Shown here piece by piece: positions 17,775 to 29,300 of a stretch of DNA of 53,141 nucleotides. The stretch covers positions 1 to 53,141 of IMG/VR virus record IMGVR_UViG_3300030389_000481; one strand, 5' to 3'. The DNA comes from a virus (Duplodnaviria; Caudoviricetes). The notes beneath the pieces were generated by a model. The model had not been told where the DNA came from, made no database searches, and saw nothing but the letters and a program-made list of their open reading frames with translations. Each line of letters opens with the position of its first letter. Position 1 is the first letter of the stretch. A program made the position numbers and the translations under genes.

Positions 17775-19610
17775 ATGAAGAAATTAGTAATAAGTTTAAA
17801 AAGAAGACAAGATAGAAAAGTAGAATTTAAAAAAAATAATTTAAAAGATTTTAAATATTTAGAAGCTATAGATTATAAAACTTTAAATAATAAAAATTTT
17901 AAAGTTGATGAAAATTTTAAAGACCCTTTTCTAAATAGACAAACTTTAAAAAGTGAAGTAGCTTGTTTTTTATCTCATAAAAAAGCATGGGAAGAATGTC
18001 TAAGACTTTATGAACCTGTAATTATTTTAGAAGATGATGCAGTTATAAATGATACATGGGATGAAGAATACTATGAAAAGTTACTAGAAGATTATGAGTT
18101 TATTTATCTTCAAAGAAACGAAAATGAACCTGATAAGGTTGTAAGTATAGATGATAGAATAGAAAAACCATCTTACCCTTACAATTTAACAGGATATGTT
18201 ATAGAACCTACAACTGCTACAAAGTTATTACACAATTATAAAGAAATAATACCAGTTGATGAATACATACCTCGGTTAATTAAAAAAGGTCAAATAGATG
18301 CTGTAGCTTTGAAACATGATGCATGTAATCAGTTACCAAGAAGCATAAGCGAGAGTGATATAGAAAATAATAAAACAGCTAGAAACTTTACTGTACATCC
18401 AATTACAGTAGGTTCAGATAGGCTGAAATGTGTTAAGTTAAACACAAGTGCTAGAAAACATGGTATTGAAGTAAAAAACTTAGGTACTAATGTAGAATGG
18501 AAAGGAACAGATATGTCTGGTCCGGGTGGTGGAATGAAAGCCAACCTACTAAGAGATTATGTAAATACTCTACCAGACAATGATGTAGTTTTATTTACAG
18601 ATGCATACGATGTATTTTATGCAGATAATTTAGAAACTATAACTGAAAGATATTTAGACTTTAATACTAAAGCAGTTTTTTCAGCAGAGTTATATTGTTA
18701 TCCTGATGCTAGTATAGCAAATGAGTTTCCAGAATCTAATACACCTTATAGGTATTTGAATAGTGGAACATTTATAGCTCAAGTAGGAGAACTAAAAAAA
18801 ATGTTTGCTTCTTCTACTGTAGCTGATGATGGTGATGACCAACTGTATTATCAGAAGTTATTACTAAGTAATGAGTTTGATATGACTTTGGATTATGAAG
18901 GTTATATTTTTCAAACACATGAAGAAGCAACAGGTATAAATAGTTCAGGACAACTTTATAATCCTAGAACAAATTGTTGTGCTTGTATTTATCATGGTAA
19001 TGGTGGAGACAATACTAAAGATAAATTTAATGCTTTATACAATGTCTTTCATCCTAGAACTGATTATTATTTTAGTCCTAGTAATTCATATGACATTATA
19101 GAAGATGATATGTTAGTAGCTGACTTTATGACTCAAGAACAATGTGAAAGACTTATTGAGTTAGCTGATAAGAATGGAAACTGGGATAGTTTAAAATATG
19201 ATAAGTTTCCAGCACAAGAAATAAGAATAAAAGAATTAGGTTTGTGGACAGAGTTAGAAGCTAAGTGGAATGAATTTATAGTTCCAATACTAGAAAAATA
19301 TTGGAAGCCTACAGAGATGTATGGTTTAAGAGATGCATTCGTAATGCGATATAATTTAGATACACAAAAAGATTTACCTTTACATACTGATGCAAGTTTA
19401 GTAACAGGAAGTGTAAAGTTAAATGATGATTATGAAGGAGCTGATTTATTTTATCCTAGACAAAATATCAGCAACAAAGATATACCAGTAGGAAAAATAC
19501 TTTTATTTCCCGGTATGGTAACACACGGACATGAGTGCTTACCTTTAACAAAAGGAACAAAATATAGTTTTACTATCTGGTCTAATAGATTTCCCGGAGA
19601 TAACATATAA
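17775..19610 (+). CDS. GT25 glycosyltransferase + PLOD-type glycosyltransferase + 2OG-Fe(II) lysyl-hydroxylase-like fusion
   Basis: EVACFLSH/ILEDD (GT25); GGGMK, FTDAYD, YLNSG, DDQLYY, HGNG (PLOD GT); FVMRY, LPLHTDAS, THGHE (LH). Confidence 0.85.
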   Translation: MKKLVISLKRRQDRKVEFKKNNLKDFKYLEAIDYKTLNNKNFKVDENFKDPFLNRQTLKSEVACFLSHKKAWEECLRLYEPVIILEDDAVINDTWDEEYYEKLLEDYEFIYLQRNENEPDKVVSIDDRIEKPSYPYNLTGYVIEPTTATKLLHNYKEIIPVDEYIPRLIKKGQIDAVALKHDACNQLPRSISESDIENNKTARNFTVHPITVGSDRLKCVKLNTSARKHGIEVKNLGTNVEWKGTDMSGPGGGMKANLLRDYVNTLPDNDVVLFTDAYDVFYADNLETITERYLDFNTKAVFSAELYCYPDASIANEFPESNTPYRYLNSGTFIAQVGELKKMFASSTVADDGDDQLYYQKLLLSNEFDMTLDYEGYIFQTHEEATGINSSGQLYNPRTNCCACIYHGNGGDNTKDKFNALYNVFHPRTDYYFSPSNSYDIIEDDMLVADFMTQEQCERLIELADKNGNWDSLKYDKFPAQEIRIKELGLWTELEAKWNEFIVPILEKYWKPTEMYGLRDAFVMRYNLDTQKDLPLHTDASLVTGSVKLNDDYEGADLFYPRQNISNKDIPVGKILLFPGMVTHGHECLPLTKGTKYSFTIWSNRFPGDNI

Positions 19611-19852
19611 TGGAAATATCAACATATTTAATTTGGAATGCAATAATTACTTTGGTGTTAGCACCTTTGTTGTTTTCTATTCGTAAAAATGAAGCAGAAG
19701 CTAAAAGAATAGATATACTTCTAAATAAAACTAGAGAAGAAATTGCTAGAGAATATGTAACTAAACAAGAAGTTAAAGAAGATATGACAGCTTTAATGGA
19801 ACGATTAGAAAAATTACACGAGAAAGTAGATAAACTTTTTGAGGTTAAATAA
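19610..19852 (+). CDS. Small TM + coiled-coil protein
   Basis: N-terminal hydrophobic helix; YVTK.E motif. Confidence 0.6.
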   Translation: MEISTYLIWNAIITLVLAPLLFSIRKNEAEAKRIDILLNKTREEIAREYVTKQEVKEDMTALMERLEKLHEKVDKLFEVK

Positions 19853-22710
19853 TGGCTAAAAAACAAAGAAAGAAAAGAAATAAAAAATATAAACCTACTT
19901 ATAAATCTGATAGAAAAGATTATAGAAAAGGTGGTAGAGTAGCACTTAGAGAAGGCACTCCAATAGGTGGAGTTTTTATACCACCAGATAAAGGTAAAGT
20001 AGGAAACTATGGACCTACTGCTGATGGTACTCAAAGAGGAATAACTCCTGTAACTACAGGTACTGTTTTTGGTGAAGAAAATTTAGTTAAACCTCCAATA
20101 GGTGGTCAAGCTGCTGCTGCTGGTGATGATAGTACTGACATTGATGGTTTTGCAGGTTATACACCACCACCACCATCATATACAACAGGTGGAGAAGATG
20201 ACCCTAATAGAGAAGATAGAGTAGTTAGAACAGGATTTAGAGCCGAAGATATGGCTCAAGGTCTTTTACCAGAAGATGTACCTCAAATAGATGAACCTGA
20301 AAAAATAGGTAGAGAAGGAACAGAAATAACTCCTGATGACCCAAGATACTTTATGCAAGGTGTTGAAGATGCAAAAGCAGGTAGAGTTGCTACAGGTGAT
20401 GAAGATGTATCTACTGAAAGAAGTAGAGAAGCTGACATTCAAGGAATTGAAAGAGAAACTACTCGAATGGAACCCGTTGCTAGAACTAGCGATGTTATGG
20501 TTAGAGGGCAAGAAACTCGAGCAAGAGGTATTAATGAAAATTTAAGAGGTCAAGTTACAGATGTAAGAGACTCTGCAAGTATAGCTAGAGAACAAGCAGA
20601 ACTAGATAAAGCTACAACAATTTCAGGTGCTTTATCTGCAGGTGCTTTTGCTAACCAAGTTTCAAATAAATATTCTGCTGCAACTCTTGCACCTACACCT
20701 GATGCTGAAAGACAAAATCGTGAAGCTATAGTTGATAGGAATGCTGTGGGTAGAGATGCTGCTCAGATATTAGGAACTATTAATTATGATGCTGCTCAAA
20801 GAAGAACAGTAACAGGACAAGCTGCTATAGGTGCTGCTGCTACTATGATAGCCGAAGTAGCTGAAATACCAGAACCTCTTGCTGCTGCTATTGTAGAAAG
20901 TCCTGCAAGTGTAGAAGCTCAAATAGATAATCAACCTATTGAAGTACAAGCTGCTGTTGCTTCATTACCATTAGAAGCTACTATTAGTGGACAAATGGAA
21001 TTACTAATGGGTAGTTTAGAAGAAGGTGAAGTACCACAATGGGCTAGACCTGCTGTTGATGCAGTTGAAAGAAACTTAGCTAATAGAGGTTTAACAGTAT
21101 CTACTATTGGTAGAGATAGTTTGTTTAACGCTATTATTCAAAGTGCTATGCCTATTGCTCAAGCTGATGCTCAAGCATTACAACAAAGAGCAGCACAGAA
21201 CTTAAGTAATCAACAACAAGCTAACTTAGCAAGTTCACAAAACGCACAACAATTAAAGATGGCAAACTTGTCTAATAGACAAACTGCTGCAAGTCAGTCA
21301 GCACAATTTGCACAACAAATGGCTGGTATGCAAAGTCAGTTTAACCAACAAGCTGTAATGCAAACTGCAAATATGCAACAACAAACAGCTATGGCAAACT
21401 TACAAGCTAGACAACAAGCTGCTATGGTAAATGCAGCAAACCAACAAGCTATCAATATTCAAAATTTAAAGAATGAACAACAGATAGAAGTTGCTAATTT
21501 ACAAGTAGAAGCTCAAGCTGCTGGTGCTGACCAAAGTGCAGAGAACCAAGCTAGATTAGTTGAGATGCAAACTGCTGCAAACTTTATGGCACAAAACGCT
21601 GCATTCAAACAAGACATGGATAAAGCTAATTTAAGTGCTGACCAGCAAATTAGATTAGCAAACTTATCAGCTTTAAATCAAGCTGAATCAGAACAGTTAA
21701 GTGCTAATCAACAAACTGAACTTGCAAATCTTAATAAAAGAATGCAAGTTAATTTAAACAATGCTAACTTAGCTCAACAAATGGGATTAGCTCAATTAAA
21801 TGTTGACCAACAAAGAGCAATGCAACATGCACAAGTAGCAGCCGGTATGGATATGGCTAACTTTAGTAATGAGCAACAAGTAGAATTAGCAAATAGTAAG
21901 TTTATGCAAACAACTACAATGGCTAATTTAAATAATGAACAACAGTCTATAATTCAAGAAGCTACTGCATTAGCTTCAATGGACTTAGCAAACTTAAGTA
22001 CTGCTGCAAGTTTAAGAGTAGAAAGTGCTAAAAACTTTTTATCATATGATATGGCTAACTTAAATAATAAACAACAAGCTACTATACTAAAAGCACAACA
22101 ACAACAACAATCTATGTTGACAGATGTTGCTGCAGAAAATGCTCGTAAACAGTTTAATGCTACAAGTGAAAATCAAAGAGACCAATTTATGATGCAACTA
22201 GCATCTCAATTTGAATTATCAAATCAAGCACAAACAAATAATATGAGACAGTTTAACGCTACAGCAGAAAATGCTGCACAAGCTAGAGCTAGTGCAAATG
22301 AATTAGCAGCTAATAGTTTAATGGCTCAATTAAGTACTGATGTTTCTAAATTTAATGCAGAAAAAGAATTTCAAAAAAATCAGTTAAATACACAACAAGC
22401 TACAGTTATTGCACAAAGTAATGTAGAGTGGAGGCGTAAATCTAATACTGCTGATACTGCTGCTTTTAATGCAGTAAATCAACAAAATGCAATGAATGCT
22501 TTTAACCTTACAGCATCTGCTAATAATTTCTTATGGCAGGAGTTAAGAGATGAAGCAGCTTTTGATGTACAGAGATGGGATAATGACCAACAAAGAAAAG
22601 CATCAATGTTAATTGCTGCGTTAGGTAATGACCAAGGTGTAAATAAAAAAGACCATTGGGATAATAATATAACTACATTAGCAAATTTATTTGAAGGATG
22701 GCTAGAATAA
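19852..22710 (+). CDS. Putative internal virion / ejection protein, Q/A/N-rich
   Basis: Long ANL.N.QQ helical repeats; position. Confidence 0.6.
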   Translation: MAKKQRKKRNKKYKPTYKSDRKDYRKGGRVALREGTPIGGVFIPPDKGKVGNYGPTADGTQRGITPVTTGTVFGEENLVKPPIGGQAAAAGDDSTDIDGFAGYTPPPPSYTTGGEDDPNREDRVVRTGFRAEDMAQGLLPEDVPQIDEPEKIGREGTEITPDDPRYFMQGVEDAKAGRVATGDEDVSTERSREADIQGIERETTRMEPVARTSDVMVRGQETRARGINENLRGQVTDVRDSASIAREQAELDKATTISGALSAGAFANQVSNKYSAATLAPTPDAERQNREAIVDRNAVGRDAAQILGTINYDAAQRRTVTGQAAIGAAATMIAEVAEIPEPLAAAIVESPASVEAQIDNQPIEVQAAVASLPLEATISGQMELLMGSLEEGEVPQWARPAVDAVERNLANRGLTVSTIGRDSLFNAIIQSAMPIAQADAQALQQRAAQNLSNQQQANLASSQNAQQLKMANLSNRQTAASQSAQFAQQMAGMQSQFNQQAVMQTANMQQQTAMANLQARQQAAMVNAANQQAINIQNLKNEQQIEVANLQVEAQAAGADQSAENQARLVEMQTAANFMAQNAAFKQDMDKANLSADQQIRLANLSALNQAESEQLSANQQTELANLNKRMQVNLNNANLAQQMGLAQLNVDQQRAMQHAQVAAGMDMANFSNEQQVELANSKFMQTTTMANLNNEQQSIIQEATALASMDLANLSTAASLRVESAKNFLSYDMANLNNKQQATILKAQQQQQSMLTDVAAENARKQFNATSENQRDQFMMQLASQFELSNQAQTNNMRQFNATAENAAQARASANELAANSLMAQLSTDVSKFNAEKEFQKNQLNTQQATVIAQSNVEWRRKSNTADTAAFNAVNQQNAMNAFNLTASANNFLWQELRDEAAFDVQRWDNDQQRKASMLIAALGNDQGVNKKDHWDNNITTLANLFEGWLE

Positions 22711-22720
22711 GGAGATATAC

Positions 22721-23941
22721 ATGGGTAAGTTAAGAAAATTAGGAAAGAAAATAGGTAGAGGAATTAAAAAGATTGGTAAACGATTAAAGAAAGGTTTAGG
22801 TAGCATAGCTAAAGCTTTTGGTAAATTAGGTTTTGTAGGCAGTCTTGCTTTATCTTTTTTACTTCCGGGTATAGGTTCTGCCATAGGAGGATGGCTACAA
22901 GGTGTAGCAGGTGCCGGAGGATTTGGTTCTGGTATAGCTAAAGCTGCTTTACAAGTTGCAGATGGAATTAGTAAAGCTGGTAACTTTGTAAAAGATGGTG
23001 TTGGTAAAGTATTTAATAGAGTAACAGATGCTATTGAATATGGAATGAATGCTGTTAGTAGACCATTTATGGAAAAAGGTGCTAGAGGTGCAGGTAGTGC
23101 TTTTAGAGACTGGGCAAGTAATGCAACAGGTGGATTTATAGATAGGTCTAATGTTGGATTAGAAGTGGATGGTGTAAAAGTTACTGATATGACTAGAGCA
23201 CAAATTAATGATTTAAGAGATTCAGGTCAATTAGAAATATTACAAAATGATGCACAGTTTGCAAGAGAAACAGCTAGACTTGATAGAACAGAAACTTTAT
23301 CTGACATTAGATATGCTGCAGATGGAACAGAAATAGGTAGAGATTATACAGCAGGATTTGACCCCGGTAGTAAGCCTGTAGAAGTAACATTTGATAAAAA
23401 TACTTTAATGCCTAATCCAGCTCCAGAAGGTATAAACAATCCTACTATGGTATTTGATGAAGGTACTCAAACATATAATTGGTATGATGGTGATAAATAT
23501 GAAAAAGGTTTAGCAGCTTTAGGTGGAGACCAAGAAGTAGTTGCTTCAGTTGTAAATAAAAATTATATAGAAGGTGGACAATTATTTGAAGGACCACCAG
23601 TACCACCAGAACCACCTAAACCTAGTATCTTTGATAAAAATACATCTTATGATTCTTTCAAAGCTAGAGTAAAAGCTAGTAGAGAATTTGACCTATACAA
23701 AAAAGTAGCACCTATTCAAATGATGGGAGCAGAACTACAAGCTCAAGAAGATATGGAAGAAGCTCAAGCAGAAATGGCTAGAAAAGAACAAGCAGCTTAT
23801 TTTGCATCAATAGGTCAAGATACTTTAGGAGGTAACAGAGGAAGTGTGATTAATGAAACTAATGTAGATTTTTCAATGCCAATGAGTCAAGACACACAAT
23901 TTAGAGTTATGAATTTATATGGTGGTATATTAGGAGCATAA
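22721..23941 (+). CDS. Putative internal virion protein
   Basis: Basic amphipathic N-terminus followed by Gly-rich hydrophobic segment. Confidence 0.55.
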   Translation: MGKLRKLGKKIGRGIKKIGKRLKKGLGSIAKAFGKLGFVGSLALSFLLPGIGSAIGGWLQGVAGAGGFGSGIAKAALQVADGISKAGNFVKDGVGKVFNRVTDAIEYGMNAVSRPFMEKGARGAGSAFRDWASNATGGFIDRSNVGLEVDGVKVTDMTRAQINDLRDSGQLEILQNDAQFARETARLDRTETLSDIRYAADGTEIGRDYTAGFDPGSKPVEVTFDKNTLMPNPAPEGINNPTMVFDEGTQTYNWYDGDKYEKGLAALGGDQEVVASVVNKNYIEGGQLFEGPPVPPEPPKPSIFDKNTSYDSFKARVKASREFDLYKKVAPIQMMGAELQAQEDMEEAQAEMARKEQAAYFASIGQDTLGGNRGSVINETNVDFSMPMSQDTQFRVMNLYGGILGA

Positions 23942-23942
23942 T

Positions 23943-24530
23943 ATGAAGGATGATAAACAACAAAGAATAAACGAAAAAACTTATCTGTCTCCTCGTTTAC
24001 AAGAAGTATTATTTGAAGGTCCTACTCCCGGACAGTCTTTAACAAAAGACCCAGATGAAAGGTATCCTTGGGAAGGACCACCTAAATATGTTTCTTTAAA
24101 AGATGCAAGAGAACAAATATTTTTAAATATGATAGAACCTCAAAATCTTAAGAATATACAACAGTTAATGTTAAATGACTTACCAATTAATACTATTGCA
24201 CAGGTAATATTAAAAGATGGTTTTGAAAAAGGAGCTTGGAATCCTGACATGATGTTACAACTTTTAGAACCTACAATGTATATGTTATTAGCTGTAGCTG
24301 AAAGGTCTGGAATAGAACCTATAATAGAAAGTGATATAGAGCCAGAAGATGAAGATAGTACTGCAAGAGTTGCATCTATATCAAATGGATTTATAAAAGA
24401 AGGTGGTAGATTTCAAGATGCCAGAGTAAAAGAAGTTAGAGAAGAATCAGTAGGTAGAGAGATAGCTCAACAATTAAAAGAAGCACCTATACCTAGTTTA
24501 TTAGATAGGAGAGATAAAAATGTCAGATGA
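23943..24530 (+). CDS. Hypothetical virion protein
   Basis: PGQSLT..P...YPWE.PP and G.WNPD motifs. Confidence 0.55.
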   Translation: MKDDKQQRINEKTYLSPRLQEVLFEGPTPGQSLTKDPDERYPWEGPPKYVSLKDAREQIFLNMIEPQNLKNIQQLMLNDLPINTIAQVILKDGFEKGAWNPDMMLQLLEPTMYMLLAVAERSGIEPIIESDIEPEDEDSTARVASISNGFIKEGGRFQDARVKEVREESVGREIAQQLKEAPIPSLLDRRDKNVR

Positions 24531-26331
24531 TAATTTATTTGCACAATTAGATAGTGGCATGAGTATGGAAGAACTTGGTAGTTCTTTACTCGATAGAAAA
24601 GCTCAACAACAAAAAGCACAAAGAAAAGCAGACAAAAAAGCTCAAAGAGTTACAAACATACTTGCAGGATTAACTGCTGGACAAGCTGTATTTAAAAATG
24701 CTTTAAACAGAAGAATGAAAGAGTTAGATGAACAACAAACATTTTTATTATCTAATAATGCACAACAAGTAAAAGATATAAATAATCTTAGTAGAATTAT
24801 TCGTTATCTTCCAGAAGAAAGCTGGTTTGAAGGTAAAGAAAATATGGGAGAAGCAGAATTAGCAGAACTATATGCTAAAGAATATGGTGGTGGTTTTTCA
24901 GGAATGAAAGAAAGATTTAGACCTGCTGTTGATGAAATTTTAAAACAAAGTTTTGCAGATGAAGCAGGATTTGCTAAATTCAAAGCTGGTTCTCAATATA
25001 ATGCAGCCTTAGAAAGTGGTATAAATACTTTGTTACAAGATTATTTAAGTGTAGCTGCTAATGGTAAAAGAAAGTATATGAACTTTGAAAGTGATTTAAG
25101 AGAACTATTAAATGCTGGAGATTTAGATAAAATTGATTTATATAAAAGAGGCATCGGTATGACTGTAACAGATTTAGATGAAGCCGAAAAAAGAATGATA
25201 AATACTTATAGACAAGAATATAGAGATAAAGGTTTTATTGGTGGTTTTAAAGATTCACTTCGTAGAATAGGTATTCTCCAAGAAGAAAAAGGTGGAATGA
25301 ATTTATTTAAAAATATTGACCAAGTAATTATGGATGATGATTATCTTATGAATAAAAGTATTCAAGATATGCAATTAGGAGGACATTTAATAGGAGATTT
25401 AGACCAATATATGTCTAACTATCATACTTCTAATTTTAAGTATGAAGATGCAGCTACTTCTAATATGGATTTTCTAGCAAGAATAGATATTGATATGGAC
25501 CAGTTATATGATGCATCACAAATGTTTAATACTAAAAGAAATCCAGAGGATATTGAAGGAGAAGGCGAAGGAAGATACGATAAATTACATATCTTAAGAG
25601 TTGCCGGTGATGATGATTTTATGCAGCAATATTTTAAAGATATTAAAAAGAATAAAAATTCAGAAGTCTATATGGAATTTAGAGCCGATGTAGGTACTTT
25701 ATCTTTATTATTTGCAGATGACCCTGAGATGGCAGTTAGAGCTTATAAAGATAGTTTAACTACAAAGATAGAAGGTGGTGGTTGGTCTTTCTTTGATGGT
25801 GCAGCCGATGTTAATCCTTTTGAAGAAGTAAGTGAAGAAAAAATTCAAGAGTTTAGAGAAGCTATGAATAATGAATCATTTAGAAATAAATTTGCAGCAG
25901 CTTTATTAATAAGACATGGTGCTATGGATGGTGGTGCAAGATGGTTTGGACCGGCTGGAGGAGCAGAAACTTACAATTATGATACTGAAGGTTTAATTAT
26001 TGACATGTACGCTGATAAAGAACCAGAATCTTATAGAGAAAGTAACACACATAGAGCAGTAAAAGTAGGAACAGGTGTTGGTATAAATTTTGAAAATGGA
26101 AAGTATAGTATTACAGATGATTATGCAAGATATACTTTAAACGAACAAAGAGAAGTATTTGATAATCATATGTATGGTATATTTCATCAACCAGATGCAG
26201 ATGAAGCTACAAGACTATTTCATATGAATTTATTATTTTCTCAGCCATTCAATCCTTATCAAGGTGTATATGATGATTTAAATGATTACATGCAAGATTT
26301 ATCATCAATGTTTAGAACAGGTAAAAAGTAA
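24520..26331 (+). CDS. Putative internal virion protein
   Basis: 603-aa ORF in the ejection-protein cluster. Confidence 0.5.
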   Translation: MSDDNLFAQLDSGMSMEELGSSLLDRKAQQQKAQRKADKKAQRVTNILAGLTAGQAVFKNALNRRMKELDEQQTFLLSNNAQQVKDINNLSRIIRYLPEESWFEGKENMGEAELAELYAKEYGGGFSGMKERFRPAVDEILKQSFADEAGFAKFKAGSQYNAALESGINTLLQDYLSVAANGKRKYMNFESDLRELLNAGDLDKIDLYKRGIGMTVTDLDEAEKRMINTYRQEYRDKGFIGGFKDSLRRIGILQEEKGGMNLFKNIDQVIMDDDYLMNKSIQDMQLGGHLIGDLDQYMSNYHTSNFKYEDAATSNMDFLARIDIDMDQLYDASQMFNTKRNPEDIEGEGEGRYDKLHILRVAGDDDFMQQYFKDIKKNKNSEVYMEFRADVGTLSLLFADDPEMAVRAYKDSLTTKIEGGGWSFFDGAADVNPFEEVSEEKIQEFREAMNNESFRNKFAAALLIRHGAMDGGARWFGPAGGAETYNYDTEGLIIDMYADKEPESYRESNTHRAVKVGTGVGINFENGKYSITDDYARYTLNEQREVFDNHMYGIFHQPDADEATRLFHMNLLFSQPFNPYQGVYDDLNDYMQDLSSMFRTGKK

Positions 26332-29300
26332 ATGCAAAATTTTTTAACTTCATATAATCCCAATCAAGATTTAAATCAGTTAACTGCAGAAGAATTAGAA
26401 AAACTAAGATTAAAAAAACTTGAAGAATTTTATAAATCTAGAATGTCACAACCTGAACAAGTTTCTAGTTCAGAAGCAATGAATAACCAACTTGAATCAG
26501 TTTATTCAAAAGTAGATTCAAAATTAGGTAATCCTAATAGAAAAATGTCTATGACTGAACTACAACAAGACCCAGAGTTTCAAGCAAGAGCTGAAAGATT
26601 TATGGAGTCTATTGGTAGTGATGAAAATATTATTGAGTATTTAAGAGATGCTGATTATAGTTTAGCTGCTGCAGGTGTTAGAGCTGTTCAAAGTTCTAAA
26701 TGGAAAGACCAAACAAAAGAAGATTATTTTTATTTAAAAAATGCATTTGACAATGCTGACCTAAGTGGTTTTAAAGAATACATGGGGTTGGTAAAAGATG
26801 GATTTGTAGATTTAGTATTTGACCCTGTTAATTGGTTAGCTGCTCTTTTAACAATAAAAACTGGTGGTACTGCTGCCGGTGGTGCTATAGCTATTCAAAC
26901 AGCTTTAAAGGAAGGAGTAAAAGCAGCAGGTAAAGCTGCATTAAAACAAAGTGCACCTTACGCTAAGATAGGTGCTGCAGAAGGTGCTTTATATGGAGGT
27001 GTCCATGATATTCTTACACAAAATACTGAAATAAATATAGGTGCATTAGATGGATTTGATTATAGTAGAACTGCATTATCAACTGGCATAGGTACAGCAG
27101 CAGGAGGAGTTCTTGGAGGTGCTTTAGGTTCTGCTCATGCATTATACAATGGTAGTAAATTAGGTAGAGGTATAAATAATGAACATAAATATGTTAGTGA
27201 AATAAACGACCCAGAGCCTACTGCAGTTAATCCAAAAACAGTTAAAGAAAATTATGATGCTGATGAAGTTGTGCAGTTAGAATCTGAATATAATCCAACT
27301 GCAAGTGGAACTAAAAATTTTAACGACACTATACCTAGAGATAAAGATGGCAAAATAGATGTAACAGACAAAAACTTTACAGAAGAAATGGCTAATCATT
27401 TAATGGGTATAAAAACAGGAGCTAATAAGTTAGCAGCTTTTATAACAGGTAAATCTACTTCTATGTATACAGATTTAGTAGATGAATCCACTCCTCTACT
27501 TGCTACCTTTTTAAGAAAACTTAGATATGACTATGATGCTGGAGTAGTAAAAGATGGCGAACTTCAGATGGTAAAAGTTAAATTAGCAGATGGTACTGAA
27601 TCAGAATTTACATTAGGTGAATACTACGGAAGAAAAATGGGTAAGTATCTAAATGCTATGAACAAAATTTATAATCCTTTTGGATTAACAGGTTGGTATT
27701 CTCGTTTACCTAAAAGACAAGAACATGCTTTAAAACTCTTAATGAGAGATGAAAGGATGTCAGTAGCTAGAGTAAACAAAAGAGAAAGAATGGAGTTTTC
27801 ATTTGATTTACCAGATGGAAATGATATTAGAATTAGAAATGATGTTTTAGATTATAGTAATCCTAAAAAAGGATTTGTAGCAAAGGGTAGATTTGTTGTA
27901 GGTAAAGATGCAAAAGGTAATGATATTATTGAAGAAGTAGATATAGGTCAAAGAACTTTAGATGTTTACAAAAAAACTAGACTTTTAATGAATGAAGCTT
28001 TTGAAGAAGGTGTAGAACTAAAAATCTTTGCTCCGGGAACAAAACTAAAAAGAGGTTTTATGACTAGACATTACAGACATTCTGTTTTAGAAAAAGACCC
28101 CGGTGATATGTATAGAGCATTAGAAGAATATGGACACGCTACTCCAATGAATAAAATTGATAAAGCTGACCAAATTAAAGTAGTAATACAAGATGTTGAT
28201 GCAAATGGTAATCCTATTGAAAGAACAGTTGTTGGACACAGATTAGGACAACTAGGTACAGATGAAAAAGTATTTGGTAGAGACTTTATTAAAGAAGCAA
28301 GAGAAACACATCCACTTGGAAGCAAAGCTACAGAACAAGAAATTATGACTTTAGCTAAAAGAAAAAAAGCTGAAGCTATTGTTGAGGGTATGTTAGCAAC
28401 AAGAAACAATCCTTTTGAAACTAACTCTGGTATAGGTTCAAACTTTTTAGCACCAAGAAAGTTTAATAACATTCCTGATAATAGAATAGATAAATACTTA
28501 GATGATAATGTATATGATAACTTACAACAATACTTTTTAAATTATACTCAATATATAAGTCGTAAAAAATATTTTGGTTCAAGTGTAAAAGAATTTGAAG
28601 ACAAAGAACTTAAATTTATTCTTAGTGAGTTACAAGCTACAGGTAAATATTCAGGTAAAGAATTAGAAACTATAATTAATAATTTACGAAAAACTATGGA
28701 ACGAGCTACTGGCTTAGATACTTTTCAAGATAATTTCTTTATGAAAAATCCATGGGGTAGAGGTGGTAGAGATGTTATATTAGCATCTCAACAAGCTTCA
28801 CTATTACCATTAGCTACTTTGTCTAGTGTTACCGAACCACTTATCCTACTTTCTCGTGTGCCTTTAGGGAATGCACCAGAAGCAATAAAAGATATTGGCG
28901 TTGCTTTAGGTAAACAAACTTTTAGAAGTATGCAACAACTTTATAGAAACTTAGAAAGGTCAGGAAGAAAAATTTCAAAGCGTGATGATGGGAGAATTAC
29001 TAAGTCTTCTGATTTAATAGATGAAGAATGGCAAGAGTTATATGAAGCTGGACTAGCTATGGACCAAGCAGTTATGGAAAGAATTGAAGGTTTAACTGGA
29101 GAAGGTTTACAATCTAATTTTGCTAGAGGATTTCAAAAAGTATTTTTTGAATTAAACTTTTTAGCACCTTGGACAAAAGCAGTTCAGTTAGCTTCATTTA
29201 GAACTGGTAAAAAAATTATCATGAGAAATAGTGAAGCACTTGCAACTGGTAAAGGTGTATTCGGTAGAAAACTTTCTAAAACAGAATTATTACAAAAAGA

